The notes under the pieces are model-generated. The model ran no database searches, was not told where the DNA came from, and worked only from the letters and a program-made list of their open reading frames with translations. Below are positions 37,108-49,144 of a stretch of DNA of 64,000 nt, piece by piece. Each line of letters begins with the position of its first letter. Position 1 is the stretch's first letter. The translations under genes and the position numbers were made by a program. The stretch spans positions 1 through 64,000 of the IMG/VR virus record IMGVR_UViG_3300024966_000001. The stretch is one strand, 5' to 3'. The stretch is from a virus.

Positions 37108-37521
37108 ATGCTCTTAATTGAACTTGTAGATCGCTTTGAATCTCAGGAACATCCAATCGGAATGCTGGACACCACAGTTATTCTTGCGCAGGCTATCGCC
37201 GCCGTCAGCTTTTACGCGGGTTATGCTGTACTTGCTGCGCATCTGGCAATACCGATTGCCGATCCTGCGCCGGTAACGCCGACTCCATACCCGGAGATAA
37301 CGGAGGCCACCGATATAAGCGTGTCTGAATGGGCACTTATCCGGCCACTTTTTCTGTTGTATGTAGAGCGAGAAAATGCATTGCAGCTTGAAGCATCGCG
37401 CGGTATGGGTATTGACCCATTTGGTCGGACATCGTCCGAGGTTGCCGCCGATATTGCGCTAATGGAAAGCAGTACGGAGCTGCCGCATAGGGCATCTTGT
37501 AGTCCTATTATTACAATTTAG
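37108..37521 (+). CDS. Putative head-tail adaptor/morphogenesis protein
   Basis: SEWALIRPLFLLYVERENA; late operon context. Confidence 0.55.
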   Translation: MLLIELVDRFESQEHPIGMLDTTVILAQAIAAVSFYAGYAVLAAHLAIPIADPAPVTPTPYPEITEATDISVSEWALIRPLFLLYVERENALQLEASRGMGIDPFGRTSSEVAADIALMESSTELPHRASCSPIITI

Positions 37522-37531
37522 CAGAACCGCA

Positions 37532-38422
37532 ATGATCCTAACCCCATCTAACGGCAAAGCCTTACGCGGCGATATTATCAAATCGGCAGTATTGCGCTAC
37601 GACCTGTCACCGGTGCCGTCCACACTTGAGGCCGAAATACGCGTTGATGATGAATTGCGCAAGTTATTGGCCGAAGGTCAGATAATCAACTGCAACGGCG
37701 ATGATTTTCGCATCATCAAGCCCGTGGGCGGATCGGGTAAAGATGCCCAGGGGCAGCACGATTTAAGCGTTTTGCAGATCACAGCTTTGCTGAATGCTTG
37801 CCATGCGGTAACGTTCGTGCGGCAAAGGGCCATTATTAAAGAAAACGCGGTGTTATCTGAAATCTACCGTGCGGCCGGGGCGACGCTTCGACCTGTGGAC
37901 GGTGATTTTAAGGTTGACCGGTTTAACTGCATGGTCGGCGGCACGCCAAGCTTTCATATCGCAAAATTATTGCAGGAAGAGGGCGGCGTGGTGCGTTGGA
38001 AAAACGGCAAGCTCGGATTTTTACGCCTGCCTGATTTGTTTAAGCAGAAAGCGGCCATGTTGCTACCGGACAACGCCAGTGAAAACGTAGTCAGTGGATT
38101 CCTTGAGCGCCATGAAATAGCGGCGTTTTATTCAATTTCTCCGACCGGAGAAGTTGTACATGGCAATCGTGAAAAGCCACGGTCGGCCGAATTTGTGCTG
38201 GGCAAAAACCAATTGCAGCTGATTAATATGTCGCGTTGCTTGGTTCAGCGAAAAATATCAAAGACTTCATATAACGAAAAGCTGCACGCCGGTGACCTGA
38301 TTGATTTTGTCGGTTCCGGTCCGCTGGTTATCGTTACCGCTGCGCATGTCTTTCAAGGCGGAACTGATGGGGCAGGCAGCAATCAGTACACAAAGCTCTG
38401 GTTGAGCGGATTATCATCATGA
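37532..38422 (+). CDS. Baseplate hub protein
   Basis: Directly upstream of the spike gene; DLSPVPSTLE, LQEEGGVV. Confidence 0.6.
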   Translation: MILTPSNGKALRGDIIKSAVLRYDLSPVPSTLEAEIRVDDELRKLLAEGQIINCNGDDFRIIKPVGGSGKDAQGQHDLSVLQITALLNACHAVTFVRQRAIIKENAVLSEIYRAAGATLRPVDGDFKVDRFNCMVGGTPSFHIAKLLQEEGGVVRWKNGKLGFLRLPDLFKQKAAMLLPDNASENVVSGFLERHEIAAFYSISPTGEVVHGNREKPRSAEFVLGKNQLQLINMSRCLVQRKISKTSYNEKLHAGDLIDFVGSGPLVIVTAAHVFQGGTDGAGSNQYTKLWLSGLSS

Positions 38423-38958
38423 CAAGTTACGGAACCTATCCGGGGAAATACCCGGCCTTCGTCGAATCCTACGAAAAAACAACCCGGCAGGTGCGCGTGT
38501 CGATACCCGGTATTACCGACGGAAAGGACGTGTTCCCGGTGTCCGAAATCGAATACCCAATAGGCGACAAGTCGCGCATTGTAGAGGGGCAGCATTCAAC
38601 TGAAATAGAAATTCTGCCCGGTGACCATGTTTGGGTGATGTTTATCCGCGGCGATGAACGCTGTCCGATTATTACCGGCTACCGAAACCCCAATGCGCCC
38701 AGTTCAAATTCAATCGACTGGCGCCGGTTTCATCATGCCAACATAGAACTGACAGCCGACGGCGTTATGCGCCTTAATGCGAATGCCATTGAGATTAATG
38801 CAGCGACGACAATTACTACCAATGCGGCCAATGCCATTATTAACGCCAATACCGACATTAACGGATCAACGCTAACCCACAACGACAAGTCAGTGGGAGA
38901 CAATCATCAGCATTCTGGGGTTCAACCAGGATCAGGAAACACAGGGGCACCAACATAA
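38419..38958 (+). CDS. Baseplate spike protein (gpV/gp5-like)
   Basis: OB-fold PGDHVWVMFIRGDERCPII; C-terminal HQHSGVQPGSGNTGAP metal-binding tip. Confidence 0.88.
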   Translation: MTSYGTYPGKYPAFVESYEKTTRQVRVSIPGITDGKDVFPVSEIEYPIGDKSRIVEGQHSTEIEILPGDHVWVMFIRGDERCPIITGYRNPNAPSSNSIDWRRFHHANIELTADGVMRLNANAIEINAATTITTNAANAIINANTDINGSTLTHNDKSVGDNHQHSGVQPGSGNTGAPT

Positions 38959-39461
38959 TGAACCAGCCAAGCAAATCAAATTTATTGTTCACCTTCGCCG
39001 ATATGTCGGTTAAGGACAAAGCCGCCAAGCAGGTAATGAAATACTTCGCCAGAGCTGGCACTAATGTCGTATCGCAAGATGTATCGACGCAGGTAAAACG
39101 CACATCCGGTATCAGTTACCGGGAAATGCTATTGACCTTTGGTGACTCTCAAAAAGTGCTGTTTAGAATTAAGCAGTCTGGCGACATTTATCAAGTATTG
39201 CTGAACGGCAAGCTGGTCCCGATCAAACGCCAAGATGACCATATTGGTGCTGTCACCGAGATAGTGCAAATGATGGACTCCGGACGCACTAAGTTTCAAG
39301 CAAAGCTGGCGGCCGCGGTGGTCAAGATTCCGCCGGCTATAAAAACAGCTGCACCGAAAATGCTTCAGGTGTTGACTGAAAAGCGCGATAGCCTGAGGTC
39401 GGCCATTGCCGATGTTAGGGCTGAAATAGCGCAGATTCGCGGCGATTCTGCCAGTGCATAA
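38958..39461 (+). CDS. Hdf/DarA-N-like anti-restriction accessory protein
   Basis: KRTSGISYRE...FRIKQSGDIYQVLLNGK; directly upstream of darA. Confidence 0.7.
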   Translation: MNQPSKSNLLFTFADMSVKDKAAKQVMKYFARAGTNVVSQDVSTQVKRTSGISYREMLLTFGDSQKVLFRIKQSGDIYQVLLNGKLVPIKRQDDHIGAVTEIVQMMDSGRTKFQAKLAAAVVKIPPAIKTAAPKMLQVLTEKRDSLRSAIADVRAEIAQIRGDSASA

Positions 39462-39593
39462 TGCCCATGTAGCCCTGCATTACCGGTTCCTATGTTGGCT
39501 TTCCGAAAAGCAGCGTAAGCCAGGCGCAGCTTCACTATTACACGCTGGCGATGCGTGAAGAAGATCCGGAATGGAAGCCTGCCCACTTGCCCA

Positions 39594-39633
39594 GGAAAAC
39601 CGGCCAATAATTCCACTAAGTCATGGCGATAAT
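39594..39633 (+). promoter_or_regulatory. Late-type promoter motif copy 5
   Basis: GGAAAAC-N27-GATAAT; ATG follows at 39640. Confidence 0.75.
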
Positions 39634-39639
39634 ACCGTC

Positions 39640-42477
39640 ATGACTAAAAATATAATCAACGACTTCATTAAGATCGAAAACGCCGCGCATGACGGCGCTT
39701 TCGGTGACAATCCGCGAGCAATCCCCACCGATGCTCAGTCCGTAGCGGGAAATTATAAACTTGGCCGGGTTACCGCTTACGGGCTACCTATCGCCATCGA
39801 ACAACCACGCAATTCATATCGTACCGGCATAGACCAGAAGACCGGCAAGCGCTGGACAAACCGAATGGCGGCGCATTATGGCTACTTTTCCGGCACCAAA
39901 GGCGCAGACGGTGACGGAGTAGACTGCTTTATCGGTTTCTATCCGCAATCGGAGTACGTTTACATCATCAATCAGTTTGTTGGTGGGCGTTTCGATGAGC
40001 ACAAGGTTTGTCTTGCGTTTCCTGATGAACAATCCGCAATAAACGCATACCTGAATAGTTACGACAAAGGCTGGAAAGGTTTGCACTCAATTATTACAGC
40101 ATCCATCACCCAATTTAAGTGGTGGCTAAAAAACGGCAACATGAAGAACCCAATTGCACTCAATCATTTACCCTTTGAAGGACTTGAAACCATGAGACAA
40201 CAAGTAGCCTGGGACAGCACTGAAAACCCAAAAGGCATGACCTTGGATAAGGTGCTGTACGAAATAAAGCGCGCCGATGGCGGCAATAATTTGATATTCG
40301 ACGCAATCTGTATGCGGGATATTTTGGATGATGCTGACAGCGTAATTACGTTTGATGCCCTGGTTACGCCTTACGCACAACTTGAGCGAAAGATGCAGGT
40401 ACTAAAAAACATAATGGATCGTTCTGGTGGTGCAATCAAGACAGCGGCGCTACAGATCAGTGACCCATTCAAGCAAAGCGGAGTAGCGCAAGTGGCGGCG
40501 GTATTTGAGCTATCGGACGGGCAAACTGTATCGATATTTTTCCATAACCCGGATGTGGACCCGCGCAAGATCCAGCAAGGCGACGAATTGATCAGCTGGA
40601 AGTGGCTGCTCAATAAAAAGGACATCACAATTGTGGTTGCCCCAGAAAAAGGCGTTGACTTGAACATCATGAATGTTGCCCAGCGCATCATGAAGCTGGC
40701 GGAGAAAAACAGCGCGGCATTTATCCGTGCGAACGGTAAGCGGGCAGAAAAAATGCAGGCTATTGAGGATATAAAGGTTGAAATTGTTGGTCTTGAGGCT
40801 GAATTAAAGACAGTTCTACATGAACTTGAAGTCGCCAAGGTTGAGGCCGAGGATGTGGCGGTTGTTGACCCCGTTGTTGATCCACAGTCCGTTGAAGGTG
40901 ATGACGCAGACCCAGTAATAACGCCTGAATCTGAATTAACTCCTGCCCCTGAGATTACTCCTGACCCAGCGGCCGAAACAGAAGCGCTAAAACAAGCAAC
41001 CTTACAAGCTCTGGTTGATAATTTTGGCTGGAAAAATCAGTCAACCGTTGGCGGCCCGTTATTTTGGGTGACCAAAGAAATTGGCGGCGGACACAAGGGC
41101 GGAATGGTTAACCCTGATGGAATTCGCCGGGTAAGCGCCAAGTTTGAGGAATCTAGCATGATTGCCATGCACGGCGACAATGTTGTGGCTCGGTCATGGT
41201 TTGATGTTAGCAAAACCCCTGAAGAAAACGCAGATGAACTCAACCGGGTAGTTAATTCGATTGATCCCAATTATGTTAAGCCTGATGAAAGCGAGGTTGT
41301 TGACCCTAAGCCGGAACTAGAATTAACGCCTGTGCCAGAAATTACACCTGATCCTGAAGTAATTCCAGAACCAGAAACAATAATTCCAACTGAAGAGCAA
41401 ACCAATGAGCAAGAAAACGAGCAAGCAGAAATTACGCCGGAAACAGAAACGGGCGGAGCGGAAGGCGATTTAGTTTCGACCAAACCATTTGATGATTATG
41501 TGTCGGATGCCAATGGCGATTTATATGATGCAGCAAAAAATTATTTCAAGTCAGAATTACAGAATAAGGTTGTAAGAACAGTTATTGGTGATGTTTATAT
41601 TATTGGATCAACCTTTACCGAAATGAAGCGTGGATTAAAACGCGATGAGATTAAGGCTAATTTATTTTCGTTTATTGAGCCTATCTTGACGAATGGATCT
41701 TATAAAGGAAAAGAGGAGCTAAATAAACTACGCAATGATAGTTTTATAGCATTTCACTTTTTTGAATTGGATAATATTAAGATAGGTGAGTATTTAGTCA
41801 ATGCGGGTGTTACCGTTGCTCAGCGAGTAAGCGGAGAGCTTGAGTTTGATTTATCTGCCTATGGGTTAGGCCATAGTAATGAAGTAAGGTGGCAAAAAAG
41901 AAAAGGGGGTAGCCCGCTACTCCGGTCAAGAGCCGAAGACGAATTACCCCCCATAGAGTCAGCAGAGCCAGCTCTTGATTCAAGTTTAGATCAAGAAAGC
42001 GAATCAATCAATTTAATCATCTTAAAAGTAACGGATTTAGATGGTAATGAGCTTGTAGAGTTGGAGGATGATGTTAATGAGCATGAGCAAATCGACGAAC
42101 CTGAAACAGAAAACGAACCCATACCGGTTACCGCCGGTAGTGACGAAACTATTACTCCTGCGGGCGAAAAGTCCGACGAAATGGATAGCCAAGTTAAAGA
42201 ACCGATCAACGAAGCCCAAGCGGTGGAAGATCTGGCACCGGCCGTAAGTGAAGCGGCAATAGAGCCACAAGTTAACCCAATAAAAGCGGGATTTGAGGCG
42301 GAGCTTGAGGCGCTAAAGCTTGAAACCGACATTGAGACATACGATAAGCGACTGGATGAGATTTATGAGCGCATTGAAGCTGCCGGGTTAGCTGAAGAAA
42401 TGGATGCTAAACTGCATGAAACGGCTGACGTACTGACTGAGTTACTGATGGAGGCTGAGAAGAATTTCCAGGAATAG
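39640..42477 (+). CDS. darA: DarA-like polyvalent protein (pyrophosphatase-like N domain, DarA core, LPD-like domain)
   Basis: AHYGYFSGTKGADGDGVDCF...FDEHKV; FELSDGQTVSIFFHNPD...KWLLNKKDITIVVAPE...LAEKNSAAF. Confidence 0.8.
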   Translation: MTKNIINDFIKIENAAHDGAFGDNPRAIPTDAQSVAGNYKLGRVTAYGLPIAIEQPRNSYRTGIDQKTGKRWTNRMAAHYGYFSGTKGADGDGVDCFIGFYPQSEYVYIINQFVGGRFDEHKVCLAFPDEQSAINAYLNSYDKGWKGLHSIITASITQFKWWLKNGNMKNPIALNHLPFEGLETMRQQVAWDSTENPKGMTLDKVLYEIKRADGGNNLIFDAICMRDILDDADSVITFDALVTPYAQLERKMQVLKNIMDRSGGAIKTAALQISDPFKQSGVAQVAAVFELSDGQTVSIFFHNPDVDPRKIQQGDELISWKWLLNKKDITIVVAPEKGVDLNIMNVAQRIMKLAEKNSAAFIRANGKRAEKMQAIEDIKVEIVGLEAELKTVLHELEVAKVEAEDVAVVDPVVDPQSVEGDDADPVITPESELTPAPEITPDPAAETEALKQATLQALVDNFGWKNQSTVGGPLFWVTKEIGGGHKGGMVNPDGIRRVSAKFEESSMIAMHGDNVVARSWFDVSKTPEENADELNRVVNSIDPNYVKPDESEVVDPKPELELTPVPEITPDPEVIPEPETIIPTEEQTNEQENEQAEITPETETGGAEGDLVSTKPFDDYVSDANGDLYDAAKNYFKSELQNKVVRTVIGDVYIIGSTFTEMKRGLKRDEIKANLFSFIEPILTNGSYKGKEELNKLRNDSFIAFHFFELDNIKIGEYLVNAGVTVAQRVSGELEFDLSAYGLGHSNEVRWQKRKGGSPLLRSRAEDELPPIESAEPALDSSLDQESESINLIILKVTDLDGNELVELEDDVNEHEQIDEPETENEPIPVTAGSDETITPAGEKSDEMDSQVKEPINEAQAVEDLAPAVSEAAIEPQVNPIKAGFEAELEALKLETDIETYDKRLDEIYERIEAAGLAEEMDAKLHETADVLTELLMEAEKNFQE

Positions 42478-42536
42478 TCTTGCTAAAATGACGGTCAAGA
42501 TTGGTTAAGCGTCATTCTTACCGGTTTTTTAATAAC

Positions 42537-42560
42537 AAGCCTCTTAATTGAGGCTTTTTT
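42537..42560 (+). terminator. Rho-independent terminator
   Basis: AAGCCTC-TTAATT-GAGGCTTTTTT. Confidence 0.75.
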
Positions 42561-42569
42561 ATGCGAGCA

Positions 42570-42609
42570 GGAAAAGCGGGCGTTTCCATGCTCCGCAGCG
42601 CCCTAAGAT
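42570..42609 (+). promoter_or_regulatory. Late-type promoter motif copy 6
   Basis: GGAAAAG-N27-TAAGAT, upstream of darB. Confidence 0.7.
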
Positions 42610-42633
42610 ATTGGCACAATCGCCATTATCAGG

Positions 42634-45600
42634 ATGCAACAAATGCTATCGTTTTCAGAAAAAAGAACCTCCCAGCGCATTATCGTTGAGCAAAACAAAA
42701 TCCTTTCTGGTTCTCCATTATTTACAGCTAAACGCAACGCCCAAAAGGTCAAGCTTGAGGCTATGGCTAAGTTGGGGATGGTTGCAAAAACTGTTGCAGG
42801 GATACAGCTTGAGCCAAGCGATGATGGTGCTTTTTATGAAATAAAAAATGCAACACCAGGGCGAGAAGATCAGTTTATTAATAAGTCACCGCTTTGGGAG
42901 CGCACCGGGCCCAGTGCGTCGTCAGAATCCGAAGATCAGACCTTCTTACTCCCAGAAGCCAAAGACGGCTTAAATAAAAGTGTAGACCAAAATTCAAATA
43001 TCAGCAACTCAAACTACGGGCTGCAAACCAGCGGCATTAAGACCAGAGAAAAAATAAACGACCAAGTTAAAGCCGTTGCCAATCAAATCCAAGCTGGGAA
43101 AGACCCGGCAACATTGACTGCTGACGAGGTGGCGCTGCTTAAGCAGTATTCCGGAAAGGGCGGCTTAACCATCAATTCGCAGTTCGAGTATTTTACACCA
43201 ACCCCGGTTGCTGAGGGTACTTGGGATGCACTTAAAATTAACGGGTTTGAAAACGGGAATGTTCTTGAGCCGAGTACCGGTGCAGGCGTGTTCCTGGCTA
43301 CCAAGCCGGCCGGCGTTATTGCCACCGGTACCGAGATTGACCCGACAAGCGCCACAGTCGCCCAAGTGCTTAACCCGACCGATCAAGTTTCAAACCAGTC
43401 TTTTGAAAAGCTGGCGGTCAATGCCCCGGATAACAGCTTCGATGCAGTCATCGGCAACGTTCCGTTCGGTAACGCGCGCGGTCCGTCAGCGCACGATGAT
43501 CCGGCCTATAAATCAGAAAAGCTGATTGAGCGCTATTTTGTCAACCGGGTTATTGATAAGGTTCGTCCGGGCGGCTTGATTGCGTTGGTTGTGCCGGTCA
43601 ATATCATCCGGGCCAAAGGCAAGGCTTGGGAAAAGTTTCGCATTGCAATCAGCAAAAAAGCCGAGTTTTTGGGCGCCCATAAGCTTCCTTCGAAAACTTT
43701 CGCCAAGCAAGGCACCGATACCGTTGTTGATGTTCTGGTTATGCGTAAGCACAGCGCCGATTTCCTGAGCACTATTAACGACCTTCCATTCGATACATTG
43801 ATAGCGGCCAATGTGGTATGGCCGGAATTCATCGAAGGCCGATACTGGCAAGGCGAAGGCAAGCGCTTTATTCATGGTGAATTTGTACCCAAAGACCCGA
43901 CCAAGTTCCGCGACACGGACAAGGTTATTGCCGGCGAGAATTTTACTGACGAGTCATTAAAGCGCGCGCTGGCTGTTAAGTTTTCCAGTCGCATTGACTG
44001 GACCATGTTGGATGCCGCCGAGCCCATTGTCCGTAATTATACCGAAGGCGACCGCCGGGAAATGAACGGCCTTGATTATGAACTGAAAGACGGCGTATGG
44101 ATGAAGGTCGCTTATACAGACAATACGGTTGCGCTGGATTCGGCCATCTATGGCGTTGAATCTATGACCGCATTGCAGTCAATCATGCAATCGGAATCGG
44201 GCATTTTGTCGCTTGGCTGGGGGCATATTGAGTCAATAGCAGAAACATTCCCGAACATGGTCCCGCAAAGCGTTAAAGATGCGCTCAAGTTCTCCCGCCT
44301 ACAGCCGGATGATGTGCAGTGGAGGGCATTCCGAGGCGCTGTCATCGGAGCAAAGATTGAGGCCTATACCAATGGCCGAACCGACGATCCAGGCGAATTG
44401 GCTGAATTAAAAGAGCTGATTCTGCATGAAGTTATCCAGTATGGCCCCCCGAAAGATATTAAGGGTTTGGTACTGGCCGGAAACGACTCTAAGCGCCTGG
44501 GCATGTTTATCAACTCAGTGGACGAGTCCGGTAATTTCTCCGCTTTGATCGAAGCTGGCTCCATCCAGCAAGAAACCGACAGCTTTAACTCTAAAGACGT
44601 GCTGTCGATTATCGATTACTTGTTCGAGCAGAACCAATACCCGATTGAACTTGGGGTCGTACTATCACTTTACGACGGCGACATGCTCATAGAGGACCTT
44701 GGCGACATAGTTACCAAAATACCTGGACTGGCCGTTTCTCCGGATGGATTCATTTACCCATTCGACCAATACTGTTCTGGGCTGATTTATCCAAAACTCA
44801 ACGCGATGCGCGATGCGATGGTGCAGGAAAAGGACAAGCGCATTATTGAGCAGTACAAAAAGCAAATTGAAAGCATTGATACTAAGTGCCGCAAAACGCC
44901 GACCGAAAATATTACGTTTGGGATGCGGCAAAAATGGTTCAACCATACTGCTTACGCGCTGGAGTTCTTGAAAGCCAACGGCTATAACCGAGCCATCGAC
45001 TATAACGAAGAGCGCGGCGAATTCGTATCCAACAGCACCGGTGGCATTGCATCACAAATCGTCAATTATCTGAACGATAAGCCGGTAATGGGCGGCGTCA
45101 AGGTATCTGAGTACAAAGACGGTATTCGTGCGCTGGAAGAGCAATTTGACGCCTTCATGAAGTCGCACGCCGATAGCGAAGACTTGACCAGCGAATATAA
45201 TCGTAAATTTAACGGTTATGTCGAGTTCGATTACAGTTCAAGTGATTTGAAGCTGAAAAATATCGATGATAGATTGGTTCCGCACAGCTATCAAAACGAG
45301 GCGATACGACGATTATCACGTGAAGGGATCGGTATTTTAGGGTTCGATGTCGGCCTGTGAAAAACCCTAAGTTCGTTTGCGCTGCAAGCTTACAACGAAC
45401 AAATGGACCGGTCTAAGCGGACTTGTATCGTGGTTCCTGATGCGGTGCTGGCGAATTGGTATCATGAACACCGGGCGTTTTATAAAGACACATCGAAGAT
45501 GCTGTTTGTTGGCATGTCGCCTAAAACAAATAAAGACGGCGGCATTCAACGCGAGCCAATACTGGACGAGCAGGGCAATCCAAAGCTGGTCAATGATAAG

Positions 45601-48600
45601 GAAATCTATCAAGACATCCTGACTAAGGACAACAAGGACATTATCTGGGATAAGATGCACAAAATCCCGCAGTCTAACTTTTCCTTGGTGGTGATGTCGC
45701 ATTCTCGGTTCGGCATGATTCCGGTAAAGGGCGACACCAAGCGTAAATACGCAGACCTGATGATGTCGCGTGAGTTATTAAGTGCCGGCGAGGCCGACAA
45801 GCTGATGAGCGCGAATCCAGGGAAAGTATCGTATGCAGATGCGCAAAATAATGACCGGTTAGGGCAGAAATACTCGGACGAAGGCACGACCAAGCAGGAT
45901 GCTTACCCATATTTTGAAGATATGGGTTTTGATACGGTTATCGTGGATGAGGCGCATTTTTTTAAAAATTCATTTTCTCCGGGTAAAGAATCGCAACGCA
46001 TAGCGTACCTGCCAACACCGAACCCATCACAACGCGCTATCGATATGTCGCTGAAAATGTCCCATATCCGGGAGATTAATGGCGGTAGGGGAGTAATTTT
46101 ACTTTCAGCCACTCCTGTTACAAACAGTCCTTTGGAGATTTACAACATGCTGTCTTTGTTGATCCCAATGGAAGAGTTTGAGGCGTTTGGGGTGTACACG
46201 CCTGATGATTTCGTACGCGTGTTCGGCGATATTCAGCACATAGAAAAAATGAAGGTATCCGGGGAAATCGGCAATGTTGATGCAATGGTTGGCTTCCAGA
46301 ACCTTGACGGTTTGCGTTCGCTGTTCCACAAATATTCCATTATCAAGAATGCCGACGATGTGAAACTGCCATTGCCGGATTCAGAAGAAGTTCAGGCAAC
46401 CGTGGAATTGTCGGATGAGCAACAGGAAATTTATGTAGGGTTAAGAGCTGAAGCCAAAGACGCCACATCAGGCGATCAGAAGGTACGCGAAGCGGCAAGG
46501 CCGCTTTTTTCCATCATCCGGGACATGGATAGGACTACGACAGACCTTGATATGTTCCACAAGCGCATTACCTTTATTTTCAAATCAGAGTTTAAAGATG
46601 CTGTTAATTCAGCGCTGGTTAAGATGCCAAAAACCGTGCAGCGCAAAGAATACGACTCCGATCAGGAAAAGGATGTTGTTATCACAGTACCGTTTGAATA
46701 TGAAGTCACCGAGAATAATGGCAAGATTATTGTGATGATGACCGATGCCGGCGAAGAGGATATGGTTAATGCTATCCAGAAAGTCGGTATTCCAGAAGAT
46801 GAGGTAGCGCACCCAATTACGCCAAAGTATGCCGAGTTGCTTAAAAATCTGGCTCATGAAATGGAATTGGGCGGCAAGCAGATCATTTTTATCGAGGAAA
46901 AAACCCAGCACAAAAAGTTGGCTCGAATCCTGGTCCATTTTCTGCCGATTACCTTAGCGAACATTGGCATTATCAATGCAACCGATGCCGCCGGCGAAAA
47001 GTTGCAGCGTATTTCCGACGATTATAATGCTGGAAAAATCAAGATTGTGATTGCCAACAAAAAAGCCGAGGTCGGAGTAAACCTGCAAAAAGGTACGTCA
47101 GCGATCCACCATTTAACTTTCCCTTGGGTACCGGCCAGTATGCAGCAGCGCAATGGCCGAGGCATCAGGCAAGGCAATACCGTCGAAACAGTGCGTATTT
47201 ACCATTATATCGGCAAGGGTTCGTTTGACCTATTCAGGCTAAACCTGATCAACCAAAAAGGCAGCTGGATTAACGATATTTTGCGCGGTACCGAGTCCAA
47301 TATGGAAAGCAAGGGCGACGGGCATTTGTCGGCCGAAGATGTGATGGTGCTGCTGTCGGATAATCCAGAAGAAGCGCGCGCGAGAATGGAAGAGTCCAAG
47401 GCCAAGCGCGAGAAGGCTAAAAAGGGAAAAGCCGATAAAGCGATGGTGATTAACTTGAACCAGCTTATCGAAGCGCGGCGCAAGTTATCCTTGCTGTCTG
47501 GATGGAAAGCTGACGAAAAAACCAAGATTGAAGACGAAATCAGCAAGCTGAATGCCCGCATCGAGGCCCACCAAGACGACGGCACCGAAGATGCCAAAAA
47601 CAAACTGATCGACTTAAAACGCAAGCGTACGATTCAGGCGAATAAACTATCAGGGCTGGATGCCAAATACCAAGCTATCGAAGAATCGGCGGCGTCTTCC
47701 GTGAAGCAGAAGACAGTATTCCTAAAGGCTAAGGCTGCTTCCGGTGAACTGCCGTTTGATACCGGTGCCATTGATAACCCGGATTCCGTGTTGATTACTC
47801 GGGATGGCCGGGTAATACGTGCCGGCATGGTGTTCGATTTCACCACGGAAAAATACGGCGGAACGGCCATTACCGGGTTGCGCCTGGTTTCGGCGATTGA
47901 TTCAAAAACTCAAGCGGTATCGTTGCTGTCCAAGGGCTCAACCTATGTGCAAAATATCGGCCTGGGCGAGCTTTACCGTTACGCTATGAAGACGGTGGCG
48001 ATGACAACCGAAGAATGGGATCTAATGTCTAAATTGTCGCGGGAATTATCGCTACAGGAAGTCATTGACCTGGGCCGCGATACCGTTGATAAATTCAAGT
48101 CCGAAATCAAGCTGAAGTACGCTGAATATTACCTTGTGGATGCCGGTGACGGCGAAGTGCTGATAGTAAAAAACAACAGCTCTTATGAGACACTGGACAA
48201 AAAGGCGTTCACTTGGCCGGAACTGAAAAACGAGGCGCAAAAATGTAGCGTTGCCAAGTATTACCTGGGCAATACGCTGTATGGTGTTGATGATTTTATG
48301 GCGTTATTGTTTGGCGCTGAATGGAAAACGGTGATTGAGCAATTTGCCGAAAATGCGACTCAAGAGGATGTTATTAAATCCTGCAATGCGGCTTATCTGG
48401 ACATTGTTAAGCGTGTTTCTAGTGGCGATGAATTTCTATTTATGTCATCAAACGCCAATTACAACCTATCGAGTGTTATAAATCAGATTGTACCGGATAT
48501 TACTGGCGACAACCGGCAGCAAATAAAAACTTGGGTTTCCGAGTTTATATCCGGCCGTAAAGTCTGGTACGACGAAGAGAGTATTAAGCGCAAAGCCGAA

Positions 48601-49143
48601 GCCGACCAAAAAGCACGAGAAGCGCTTAAAAGCAGTCCTGACTACAAAGAGGTTCCTGCTGATGTGACCAGCCGACTCGCAGCAAAAGGCATTACAGCAA
48701 AATACAATGCCAGTTCTATTTATGCACGCCGTAATTGGCCTGCTTTCTCGTTGCTATTACTTCAAGATGAAAGCGGTAAGAATGGCTTGCTGTTTGCTAC
48801 CAAGGACCGGTTAAAGAGTTCATTTGGCGCTCAGTTTGGTGCCGATATTTCCGGTGATTTCCGGGGCGCTTGGTGGTATGTTTCATCTAGCACTGATATT
48901 AATGCGCTGGTTTCGGTTGTGCTTGATGAAAAAGAAGTAGAGCTGGTTAATGCCAACAAGGGCGCCCCAGAAAAACTTAAAATCCCGGCTGGCAAGGTTG
49001 CTGTTGGCGATATGTTAGCGGGATTTACCGTAAATAGCCTAGGAAAAACCTGGGAAGCCAAAAGCTATGATATAAGTTCAGTAAAACGAGATTCCGGCTT
49101 CGATATTGAAGAAGGTGATTTAATTCAATATGCAAGGTTCTAA
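42634..49143 (+). pseudogene. darB: DarB-like N6-methyltransferase/SNF2 helicase interrupted by an in-frame TGA at 45358-45360
   Basis: EYFTP, LEPSTGAG and IGNVPFG methyltransferase motifs; FDVGL*KT Walker A; then, in the same frame, VDEAH, LSATP, EVGVNLQ, QQRNGRGIRQGN. Confidence 0.85.
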
Positions 49144-49144
49144 C

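Noticed and set aside
45358-45360. Genome-wide TGA=Gly recoding (code 25) or selenocysteine
   Set aside because: Many genes end at TGA with ATGA overlaps, and the position requires Gly rather than Cys/Sec.
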